Below, piece after piece: positions 25,270 through 39,269 of a DNA stretch of 64,000 nt. How positions within the stretch are numbered: position 1 is the first letter of the stretch; each line of letters begins with the position of its first letter. Below the pieces are notes generated by a model. That model ran no database searches and was not told the DNA's origin. It saw only the letters and a program-made list of their open reading frames with translations. This DNA comes from the human T2T-CHM13v2.0 reference genome, Homo sapiens: assembly GCF_009914755.1 (NCBI RefSeq), contig NC_060939.1; one strand, written 5' to 3'. Made by a program: the position numbers and the translations under genes.

Positions 25270-26080
25270 CTGATAATAAAACAATCCAAAAGAAAAGATT
25301 ATAAATATGCTTAAAAGAAAATTTGTAAATTAGTAGAAAAAGGAGAGACTTGACAAGAACAGGCAGATTCGAAAAATAACCAAATAAAACTTTTACAAAT
25401 GAAAAACAAGCCTTCAAAGAATGAGCTCAGTAGCTGATTAAACATAGCTGTAGAGAAAATAGTGGACAAGAAGAACTGAGTAATCTGCACAGAATTCAGC
25501 ACAGAAAGTTAGACAAAAATATCTATAAAATACATAGAGAAAAGAATAAAAAGCATTGAAATGCAGATAATAGGAGTTCCAGAAAGACAAAACAGAGTGA
25601 ACTAGGAAGGCAATGTTTGGAAAGTTAATGGGAGAGATTTTTCCAGAATTGATAGAGATTTTCTGAAAATGACTCCACCGATGGAAGAAACACAGACTCC
25701 CAAATAAGATAAAAACCTGGAACATTGATAGGAAACTCCAGACCAGAAAAAAAAAAAAAATCTTCAAAGCAACAAGAGACAGATTGCCTACAAATAATTA
25801 AACTAAGAGCAAAAATTTTAATAAGAGCCACAAAGATCAGAAGACATGAAATAATATTTTTGTAGTACTTAGGAAAATGACCAGTCAGTGTAGAATTTAA
25901 TACCCAGCTAAACTATTATTCAAGGAGGAGGGTAAAATAAAGACAATTTGGGATGGACAAAGCTGAGAAAATTTATCCAGTGACCCGCGCTAAAATAATT
26001 GCTAAAGGATGTACTTCAGAAATCAAACTATAAACACAGGAAGGATGGGGTGCAAGTAGCAACGGTGAGCAAAAGAAAAT
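25270..26080 (+). mobile_element. Old L1M ORF1-region remnant
   Basis: taataggagttccagaa..gagatttttccagaattgat..tagaatttaatacccagctaaactattattcaag. Confidence 0.75.
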
Positions 26081-26081
26081 C

Positions 26082-26680
26082 TGTGCCAATTATCAATGTA
26101 TTCCTCTTGGCTCTTAATCCATTCTTCTGTGCCCTCCTTTGGGATGTAGAGCTGGACCCCAGCTGTTGCAATGTTAGTCCTTGACAGTACAGGGCCCTGG
26201 AAAGACCAGCAGGAGGAAGGGGCTTCTCTTTCTGGTTCTGTTGCTTTACTCTTCCGGCTCCTGTGGCAGCCAGTGGGTGGTTTGCAGGTGAGGGGCCACT
26301 TACCTAGCAGTTAGCACAGCTTCCAGCAAGTTCTACGGGCACCCCAGCAGGTGGCTTCCCAGTGACTTCCACAGCAACACAGTGAGTGGGTTCAAGAAAG
26401 TTCATCACTGGCAGTCTAATAGGTGGTCTGCTAGCAGTGTTGCCAGCATTCTAGCAGCGAGTTTGCCTGTCTACCAGCCCCAGACTGTGGGGCCTAAGCA
26501 GACTTCTCCACCATGCAGGGGGCGTCAACCTTCAGTAAAATGTGACTCTCACCCTGGGAGAAGGCCCTTTTCCAGATGTGTACCTGCCTCAGTCCTAGGG
26601 GTAGTGGCTGCTTGTATATTTGCCATTCCTACATTCTTTAATGTTAATGTTACTCCTCTAAAGTTTTTATAGTAGTCAAA
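26082..26680 (+). mobile_element. Second LTR52/LTR41-family LTR (diverged, 3'-truncated)
   Basis: tgtgccaattatcaatgtattcctctt..gcaggaggaaggggcttctctttctgg, homologous to 24310-24957. Confidence 0.65.
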
Positions 26681-27622
26681 AGAAGAGTAGTGATATTGAC
26701 TAATTATAGATGTTTTTAGTATACATGTTTTATATTTTAAATTGTTACGGTAGTCAACTTTTGCTCCTGGGCAGAATACAGTAGATAGTGGCAGCCCCAG
26801 GTTCTCACTTCAACAACTAGAAAACCCGGGTAAATTACAAAATCAACTTTTAAGATATTAGCAAGTAATGGAAGCAATGATGACTAGATTATTCTGATTT
26901 GCAGGAGGAAAGACTTTTTTTTAAAGCCCTGTTGAATGAGCTGAAAATTGCCAGCAGCTTTCTCCTCTTTTTTTGCCAGTTCTGTGGGCGGACTGAGGAT
27001 TGGGCTTGGCCCATGCAGAGGAAATCTACTGGATTTGGGCAGTCATGTGACACTAGATGCCCAAGCCCCAAACATGTGGCTGGTTTTCCCCATGAAACAT
27101 TTACTGAGTCCTGCATAACCCACAGAAAGCCAAGGAGCTAGGCCAAGGGCTTCCAAAAGCAGAGTGAAATCTCCATTAGTCTCCCAGAGAGTGGGCCCGC
27201 CTCAAAAACACAGCCAGCCTCTTTCTTAATATATTTACCAGATTTCTGAGGAGTGATGGAGCTGAATCTCCTGCAGGTTTTCAGGGATGAAAAGGCAGAA
27301 ACCCGTCAGGCTCTCAATCAAAAGCTTGGGAGTATGGAGCCAGTCTCAGAAACACTTCAACCCAGCCCTGACCAGCGCAAAGCATAACTTGATTCAGGTG
27401 ATTAGCCCCTTGCCTTATCTGCCTAAGAGAGGAAGAAGGGACTCCTTACGTTAAAACATAACATTCTGGAAACTTTTTAAACTTTTCAAAAATGTCTACA
27501 ATGGCATACAACAAAACATTAGTAGGCCAATAACCCAGAGGAAAAACAAACAATAGAGGCAAACCCACACGTAATCCAAATATTGGCATTAGGATGCAAA
27601 AACTTTAAAATAGCTATAATTG

Positions 27623-27925
27623 GGCCAGGCACAGTGGATTACGTGCCTGTAATCCCAGCACTTTGGGAGGGCAAGGTGGGCGGATCACCTGAGGTCAGGA
27701 GTGTGAGACCAGCCTGACCAACGTGGTGAAACCACGTCTCTACTGAAAATGCAAAAATTAGCCGGGCAAGGTGGTGCATCCCTATAATCCCATCTACTCA
27801 GGAGGCTGAGGCAGGAGAATCGCTTGAACCCGGGAGGCGGAGGTTGCAGTGAGCCGAGATTAATTATACCACTGCACTCCAACCTGGGCGACAGAGCAAG
27901 ACTCCATCACAATAAATAAATAAAT
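27623..27925 (+). mobile_element. AluS (Sx/Sp-like) inside old L1M sequence (~26690-29100)
   Basis: Full dimer; TSD aaatagctataattg on both sides. Confidence 0.96.
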
Positions 27926-28541
27926 AAATAGCTATAATTGATAAGTTAAAGATCCTAGGTAGAAGCATGGGACTATAAGAAGAAATAAAAAGCAACAGAA
28001 AGGGTAAATATGTGTATAAGTAGAAAATAACATTGACTATTTAAAGCACAGTCTTGTGGAGTTTATACATATGTAGAAGTAAAATGTATGGAAACAATAT
28101 CACAAAGGTCAAGAGGGAGGTAAATGTAGTTAAATCATTCTAAGTTTCTTGCATTGCTTGGGAAGTGGTAAAACTGTTAATAAGCTAGACTATAACAAGT
28201 CAAGGATGTCTACTGTATTTTCTAAAAGAATAATGCAAGACTGTATAACTTGCATTATTGTATAGGAAGGAAATGTAAAAAATATAAAAATATAAAAATA
28301 TAAAAAAATATTTAAAATATTTTAAAAGTTTATTTCCAAAGAAATCAAGGAGGAGTAAGTACAAAGGACAAATGGAAAATAGCATGATTAACTCAAATCT
28401 ATATATATCAAAAATTACTTTAAATGTAAATGAACTAAACAATTCAATTAAAAGACAAAGATTGTCAGATTTTTGTTTATTTCCTGATTTGGATGGTGTC
28501 TACATGGATACGTTCATTTTGTGAATATTTATACAGCTGTT

Positions 28542-28803
28542 CTTTTTTTTTTTTTTTTTTTTTTAGATAGAGTCTCGCTCTATTGCCAGACTGGAGTGCA
28601 GTGGTACGATCTCATCTCGGCTCACGGCAACCTCTGCCTCCTGGGTTCAAGCGATTCTCCTGCCTCAGCCTCCTGAGTAGCTGGGACTACAGGCACACGC
28701 CACCACGCCCAGCTAATTTTTGTATTTTTAGTACAGACAGGGTTTCACCATGTTGGCCAGGATGGTCTCGATCTCTTGACCTTGTGATCCAGCCACCTCG
28801 GCC
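28542..28803 (-). mobile_element. AluSc-like, slightly 5'-truncated
   Basis: poly(T) plus antisense Alu; degenerate TSD tatacagct/tatgcagct. Confidence 0.93.
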
Positions 28804-29817
28804 TATGCAGCTACTCTTTTATGATTATGTACTATTCTGAATGTATCATATATTTCAATAAATATGTTTACAAAAATACATATATTTATACAAAATTTTG
28901 GGGTCAACAAACTAGAAATGTTTTGTAAATAAATCATAATAAAACACCATATATTAAAACTGTGGGAATGTAAATAAAGTAGTACTTATAGAAAACAAAT
29001 CCATGACTTTAAATAACTATATTGATTTCAAAAAAAATGAGGTAAGATACTAGAGAAAAAAAAATTTAAATGTATAAGGAAGAAAATCATAAGGTTAAGG
29101 AGAAACAGTCTGAGAAATTCTGAATGTTAATAGCTTCTCTAGTGTTAACTGTCCTTGCCTTTATGGATAGCCCATCTATGCAAGTAGGACATCAGAGCAT
29201 TGAAACTGCTTTTGCCCTGACGGCTTTTGTTGATATAGGCAAACTTGACTTCAGTTTTCATAAGGGAAAAAAAGAAAGAATGGCCCAGGGCCCAACCAGA
29301 GACTAGGAATCTAATAGGAGGCCCTCTTACACATGAAGCTGGTACTGAAAGACCACGCCCCCAGGGTAAGGTAAACCATAAGTAAATCTGCCCCAACCCA
29401 ACCCCAGGACACTGCAGTCCGGGTTGCCTCAGTGCCAAGTGCAGCTGGTGTTCAGCTAGCCTCTCTAGTTTCTACCGTTCCTTAAATTCTGGCCTGCTAG
29501 CTCTTTATGACCTTGTAGGTTCTATAACACTTTGATAAGATTTTAAATATAGTTTAGAAAAAAGTATATTTATGCATGTGTAGTTTAGGTAGGATTTAGG
29601 CATATTTATCATGAGGGTGGGCTTGATTTACCTAGCCTGACATTATCAGAAATCAAATTTTTATATGTACTCAAAGTATAAAAATATATCTGGGAGTCAC
29701 GCACACCAGCTTCCGGTTAATGGTTACCTCTGAGGTGGAAGAGAGGAAAAAGAGATGAAGACACATCTTTAGCTTTCTTTGTAATGTTTCTTGTCTTTAA
29801 AAGAAAACAAGTGTCTG

Positions 29818-29955
29818 TGCTGGGCATTGTAGTACATGCCTATAATTTAATCCCAGCTACTCAGAAGGCTAAGGAGGGAGTATCACTTGAGCCCGGGAGT
29901 TTGAGACTAGCCTGGGCAACATAGTGAGACCCTATTTGAAAAAAAACAAGAAAAG
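29818..29955 (+). mobile_element. FLAM (free Alu monomer)
   Basis: Monomer: gctgggcatt..cccagctactcag..cttgagcccgggagtttgagactagcctgggcaacatagtgagacc plus A tail. Confidence 0.85.
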
Positions 29956-30007
29956 GTTCTGAAGCAAATTTGCAAAAAGTTAACATCTATTAAACTCTAG
30001 TAGTAGG

Positions 30008-30470
30008 CGACAGCAGACATTCGTGATTTGTTTGCCCAATATCCACTCTCTCTTTTTTTGTTAACAAAACCCCAATTTTGATGAGATTGGTGAAGTCACT
30101 TTTCCAAAGTTCCTTGGAGTCTGGAGGGGCCATATCACATAGTTCTGGCCAAAGAGATGTAGGCAAAGTCCCTTGGATGTGCTTCCTGATGTGCTAAAAC
30201 AACAACTACAATGTTTTTATTGTATGGAGAAGGCCCCCTTCCTGTCCGACAGTAGCACAGCCTTATTTAGATCATGGGGATGGAAGCTGCCTAGGGTGAT
30301 GCTAGCACTGGACATGCGGTGAGAAGCAGCAGCCTGGTCCCAGAGATAGCTCTGAGATACCGCATTGGCTGTGCACTGCCTACCTCCAAACTTCTTGTTA
30401 TGGCCAAAAAAATTAACTTTTTTAAACCACTATTTTTCATTGTTCTATTACAGGTCCTGAATTCAGTTCC
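30008..30470 (+). mobile_element. Old MLT1 (J-like) LTR
   Basis: aacaaaaccccaatttt..agttctggccaaagagatgtagg..ctgcctacctccaaacttcttgtta. Confidence 0.6.
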
Positions 30471-30475
30471 ATGTA

Positions 30476-31000
<525 letters not shown>

Positions 31001-31714
31001 ATGCATTGATTTTATTGTATTATTTCACTTATGTCGAAATGTCTCAGAAGTAAAAGTATTTTAAAATTTAAAGAGGTAACAGAAACCATAGGAAAGTAGA
31101 AATTATTGAATCAAATGAGTGCAGCCCCTCTGCTCTGGTTAGGCTGGATGAGGGGAATTCGTGGCTTGAGCAGTTGTTGTTCTTTCTGTTTCTGATAAGT
31201 TTATTGTGCAGAATCTGATTCCTGTTCCAACTGTGAAAATGAAATCAAAGTGGAGTAATATTTGATTTTGCTGTATCACATCATTTCTTTTATGGTTCTG
31301 AACACTAACAGTGATAAAGTGTGTTCTTGGTACTATTTAATACAATTCCAGCTTATACAGCTAAGCAGATGTGACTGATGTAACTGACATCACTTACAAT
31401 ATCACTGTTTGGTGGCCTGTGTCCCTCAATCACTTTGTGTCATGAGGTGAATGACATTAGCATAGTTTGTTAGTAAAGAATAGAAGATAACTAGGTAGGT
31501 TAGACAGAAACAGAGTGTAAGGGAAGGAAGATCACATGACTGAAAAGAAGACTGAAGAAACCAGGTGGGAAAGAGGCAGAAATAGACATCTTCAAAGATT
31601 TTAGTGGCAAGAATAGCCTAAAGTCCTTAGCAGAGCATGGATTGATGAAATGACTCCAACCACTGTACCTCATCCTTGTGACACTGCAGCCCAAATTCCA
31701 AGTTTCAAGTATGG

Positions 31715-31761
31715 GTGTGTATGCGTGTGTGTGTGTGTGTGTGTGAGAAAGAGAGAGAGAG
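31715..31761. repeat. (TG)n(GA)n microsatellite
   Basis: Directly visible. Confidence 0.9.
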
Positions 31762-34229
31762 GGACTTGGTAGTTAAGCAGAGGCATTAGTGCTATTCTGT
31801 TACTAGGTTTGGGCTTGAAGAATATGACAAAGCCTTTAGCTTCTGAAGAGGAAGAACATGCCATTGATTTATTGCCTCTCTCAATTTCTGTAGGAGAACT
31901 GTTGCTCTGAAAATAATTTGGACCACTGTAAAAAAAGATCTTTGGTACTGGGGGGCTAAAACAGTATCAACTATTACTGCCAAGGTATGTTGCGGAAACA
32001 AGCTAGTTTAGTTATTCTGGAGATTCCTTTAACCGCTATTTTTCTACAGTGCCAAATTACACAAATATTGCTAGTGGGAAATCTTATTTTTGCAGACATA
32101 TTTGAAAGAGGATTTCTAAATGTCCATCTCAAATGAATGAATAGGTATTATTATCAAATGAGAAGTATACTGCTCAGAACATGGACTCGTCGGACACTGA
32201 AATCAGAAAAGGGGAACTTCTAACTTATTTTTAAGAAGGCTTTGTAGCCATGGCCATGTGAGTAACCCATATCCCCAGTGAATAAGAGTAATTAATGTAA
32301 CAAAACCCTAAAGATAATCTCAAGATAGTTAAAGTGTCACCTTTCGACATCATTGATTTAAACAAATAAAAATAAATAAATATGTAGACAATGGCCCCTA
32401 CATACAACAAATTAGACTTACTTTTGAAAAAAAAAAGCTTTGAAAATCTGAAAACTACTTTTTGAAATGTTAAATTTTGTTTTCATTACTTTGCAATTCG
32501 TTAACTGATAATTTTTTTTTCCTTAGAGCTCAGTTTGACATTTTAATTTATTTTTAATGTGTTTTTTTTTGTGCACAATTAAAACCTTTAACGAACAAAG
32601 TAGAGCATATTTAAATCTTAAGTTTGAAAAAAACAGTTCTGGTTTGTGGTTCCGAGTAATGTGTGAACACACATACATTTATCTCTTCTCCCTCCAGTGA
32701 CCACATTAAGATGGAACTGAAGGAATGAAAAGGGACAAAGTCAATGACAATGAAGAAAATCAGAAAAGACCATCGACGACGAATGAGAGACTTCCACAAA
32801 TTTATGCAAGAGGAAAGGTGGGGAGAGACTTTCATTTCTGGGAGTGCAGTAGATTGAATATTCTGCAAGGTCCTGCTGCTAAAAACTGAATCCTACATAA
32901 ATTACAACCAACATGACTTTAAATGCCTTGCTGGGATCAGAAGAAAGTGAGGGAAATCTCCAAAAGCCAAAAGTCAAAAAAAAAAGAAGGAATGAAGGAG
33001 GAAAAGGAGGGAGAAAAGACAAAGAAAAAGAAAAAGTGAGCCAAACACAGAGGAGTAAGCAGTGATCAGTATGAAGAAATTTCACCCTTCATGTGGTATA
33101 TGGTTCTAAAACCACCAAGAGATGGAATTGTGCATAATAAAAAGAACAGGACATACAAGAAAGCTGGGATTGGAGAAAACACTCCAAACCTGTATAGTCT
33201 CATAAAAAATTTACTGAACTGTAATAACAAAAGTAAATAAACACATACACAAATGCTACTGCCATTTTTTGTTTTCTATAAATAAATAATATTGTAATCA
33301 TAGACAAAACATTTAAACGTGCTTGCTGTGGTCAAATGCTGTGGAGAAGAGGTAGTAAGAAGGGACAACGTCATTCTCAGGCTGAGATGTGGTGACCCCC
33401 GAGGTGGAAGGTTGTGGCTCATTGTCTGCATTTCTTTCTTTTACTCTGGCTTGAAATAGAACCCTACCTTTGTTGTCTTCCAGTTTCTTCCTTTCATAAA
33501 GAAGCTGTATGTGCAACTCCAAAGGCATCCAGACACCAAGTGCCATCCTGCTGCTCTGAGCACTGGAGTCTGCAGCTCCAATCCTTGGCAAACCCTTCCC
33601 AGTCCCAATTAGCACAGATGATAACTGGGACGTGATCATCTCTCTTTGCTTTTATTTTCAGTGCTGTCTCTGGTGGAATGCAATGTGGGCTCCTTTGTTT
33701 CTTGGCTATCCCCTGTTCACGTGCCTCTTTTAAAATTGTAACTCTAAGTTTCTCCACAATACTTTAAAGCTTCCTTTGTTTGTTCACTACTTGGATTCAT
33801 ATAGCCAGAATGTTTCACCATGTTTGGAACGTTCTCTTTAAAAATTATCTTAAAAAGAATACACAAGCTTGGGAGAACAGTGCAATACATACTTGTAGGT
33901 TATATGGATAAACTGGGGGAGGAGAAAAGTTGAGGGCTGTGTGTGCTGTGTGGCCTTCCATGAGACACTATATTCAGCAGGTGGCTTTCATTTTTAACCT
34001 GGTGCTTGACTCAAGCACAAAGCATAGTCTAAATGTGGGAAAACTGCCGCTATGCAAGCACAATTTCTAGTTGGGTGATTTGTCCCTTTGCATATTTACC
34101 TTGTATATATAAGTTTGCCCATTACAAAAAGAGAGAGAGAGAGAGAGACAGATTATGATGATGCAAAGGCAAGATTGCCCCAGAGGCAAAAGTTGATAAC
34201 AGCTCTGCTGTTATCAACTAAACCCCAGA

Positions 34230-36411
<2,182 letters not shown>

Positions 36412-36425
36412 CAACTTAGTATCTT

Positions 36426-36960
36426 AAAACAACTATGTTATTTCTCATGATTTTATGGGTGAACTGGGCAGTTCCTCCTTGGCTGTTTATCTTGCTTGGG
36501 CTCAGCCATAGGCTGCATCTGGCTGGAGACATGGCTGGGCTGGACATTCCAAGCAGGTCTCATTAGCACATCTGGCAGTTGGTGCTGGCTGATGGCTGGG
36601 ACACATCAGTTCTCCTCTACGTGGCCTCTCATTCTTCTGTAGGCTAGAGCAGCTTCTTTAAATGACAGTCTCAGGACAGCATTCCAAAAGGTCAAAAGCA
36701 GAAGCTGCAAGGCTTCTTAAGTCCTAACCTCCAACTTTATAAAATGTTGCTTCTGCCTTATGCTACTGAACAAAGGAGGTCAGAAGGTCAGCCTGGATTC
36801 AAAGGTTGGAGAAATTCTGCCTCCTGATGGGGGAGGAGGAGCAGCGAAGTCATGCTGCTAAGGGGTGAACAAAACCAGTTAGGAGGACTTTGTGGCCACA
36901 TGTGCAATCTACTATGGTCTGTCCTCTGCCCACAATTATTTACATTTCTCTCAAAGCAAC
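36426..36960 (-). mobile_element. Old MLT1 (G/H-like) LTR with short adjoining internal sequence
   Basis: tatttctcatgattttatggg..tctggcagttggtgctggctg..gaagctgcaaggcttctta..gcaatctacta. Confidence 0.65.
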
Positions 36961-37007
36961 AACATTAGGAAGTTAAAATTGGTTCTCTCTAGGAAGTAGA
37001 ACTGGGG

Positions 37008-37132
37008 TATATTATTCAAGGTTGTCCAGAGAAACAGAACCAACAGGAGATATATATATATATACGTATATATATATATACGTATATATACATATATATA
37101 TACATATATATATGTGTGTGTGTATATATATA

Positions 37133-37190
<58 letters not shown>

Positions 37191-37622
37191 AGATTTACTA
37201 AAAGGAATTGGCGGAAAAAATTATGGAGGCTGAGAAGTCTCACCATCTGCCGTCTGCAAGCTTGAGGCCCAGGAAGGCTGGTGGTGAAGTTCCAGTCTGA
37301 ATCTGAAAGCCTGAGAACCAGGAGAACCAATGGTGTGAGTCCAGGTCTGAAGACCTGAGAACCAGCAGCATTTACGTCCAAGGTCAGAAGAAGACTGAGG
37401 TCCCTGCTGAAGCAGAGAGCGAATTCTCCTTTCCTCTGCCTTTTTGTTCTATTCAGACCTTCAACAGGTGATGTACACGGGGGAGGGTGGTCTTTTTTTC
37501 AGCCCAAGTCAAATGCTAATCTCATCCAGAAACACCTTCACAGACATGCCCGGAAATGGTATTTAGCAAAAAATCTGGGCATCCCTTGACCCTATCAAGT
37601 TAACACATAACATTAATCACCC
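37008..37622 (-). mobile_element. MLT2 (ERVL) LTR containing a ~135-bp (TA)n tract (37050-37187)
   Basis: ccagagaaacagaaccaacagga..attatggaggctgagaagtc..caagttaacacataacattaatcac. Confidence 0.88.
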
Positions 37623-39136
37623 CAGGGAGTAAGAAAGAATAGGGACACGTTTTCCTTCATTCTAAGTCCTTCTGTAGGACTCTTTTTAAACATGTACATG
37701 TTGTATAAAAATTAACATTTCTAATATCATATAAGAGTCAATCCCTTGCTCTGGACAAAAACAATAACAACAACAACAAAAAAAAAAAAAACACTAAAAA
37801 GACAGTTTCCCCTATCCTCGCTTAATAAATGCTGAATAGCATTTATTGAATATGGATCTTAAGAAGTATAATATCATTAAACCACTCAGAACCCACATTC
37901 TTCCGTCATATCCTGCCCACTCCATGAGACTAAGGATTCAGTTAAAAAATATGATCATATATGTCAAAAATATTTCTTAAACTGTAAACATTTTATAACT
38001 CACTATACATTATCTGTTGCTACTGGTTGTATGTTGTGTGCAGTGCTGTATTAAGCCGTGTGGAGACCCCAAAAGAACCAGAAAATAGGTTCCTACCAGC
38101 AAGGAATTGGAAGTCTAAGTGAGGAGACAGAATGACACCCACTACCCAATTATAGTCCATTACACTAGACTGTAGGGACCCATGCAGTCAGGGGCCATTA
38201 CTCTTCGTTCATTACTGCCCCACCAGGCCCCACACATAATAAGACCTAGATAAATACATGCTAATGGAGGAATGGATCAATTACCTGGCAGCCTATGATT
38301 CAGAGTCTGGACACAGGACTGATTGCAAGTGCTAGAAGCATCGGCGAGCAGAGATAGAGGAGGTGGTCGCACTCAGCTAAGGCACTGAGGCTGGGCTTCA
38401 TTTCCAAGTTGCAGCGTCAAAGAAGGGAAGACAAATATTCCAACCCAGGGGAGGCCAGACAAGGAAAGTTACATGGAAGTGAGGAGTTCAAGGCAGCTTG
38501 GATGGAAGAAGAGAAGTGGGAAGAAGGCTGCAGGTCCCCTGAGCACTATGGCAGCTGGACAGTGGTACGGGGATGGAGTGGAGAAGGACAGGAGGTCCTT
38601 GGGCACAGGGAGAAGGAGGGAGGGGAAAAACCCTACAGCCCAGCAGGCCACAGGGGGAACCCTGTCACAAACGCTTCTGCCCTTCCATGTAGAAGAACCC
38701 CACCTTTTCCTCTTTTATTCAGTGTCCAATCCATTCTAGAATCAGCTGGGTGAGCAAAGGTGAGTTGGAGCAGTCTCCCACTTACCAGGACATCAGAGCC
38801 TTTTACAGTGGGACCGACAGTCAGTGACATGAATCACTAAGGGCTGTGGCGCATACCAGGAAAGCCAGGGCCATGAGCCCAGGCACACTCAGATGCCCAT
38901 CCCAATTCAACACTCTTAGGTCGAGATCCTTAGGCAAGCTGACTTTTTTAAAACTCAGTTTCGTCACCTAAGACCAGTCCCTGCCTCACTAGCTGGGAAG
39001 ATGAAATGAAGTCTCCCAGGTAAAGCATTCAGAAGGGTACATGGCTCATTCCCAGGACTGCATGAACCTTCGTGTTGTCACGGAGAGCCACATCGGTGAG
39101 GCTGGGGAAGGCTGGATGGAGGTGCTGGCATTACAG

Positions 39137-39269
39137 TGTTACAGAATAAGGGTATGTGGCAGAACAGGGTGAAGCAATTAACTAAATCTTCATTTGTCAC
39201 AGCAGGAAATTAATAAGCAATACCTAAACTAGATGAATCCAGACTTGAAACTAGATGGATCCAGACTTG
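39137..39269 (+). repeat. ~100-bp copy of 35979-36080 overlapping a 22-bp tandem duplication
   Basis: 7 differences in ~102 bp by hand; aaactagatgaatccagacttg / aaactagatggatccagacttg at 39226 and 39248. Confidence 0.93.

Noticed and set aside
24310-26680. Possible provirus between two similar LTRs
   Set aside because: The intervening DNA looks like L1 ORF1 and unique sequence, not gag/pol, and the LTRs are strongly diverged from each other
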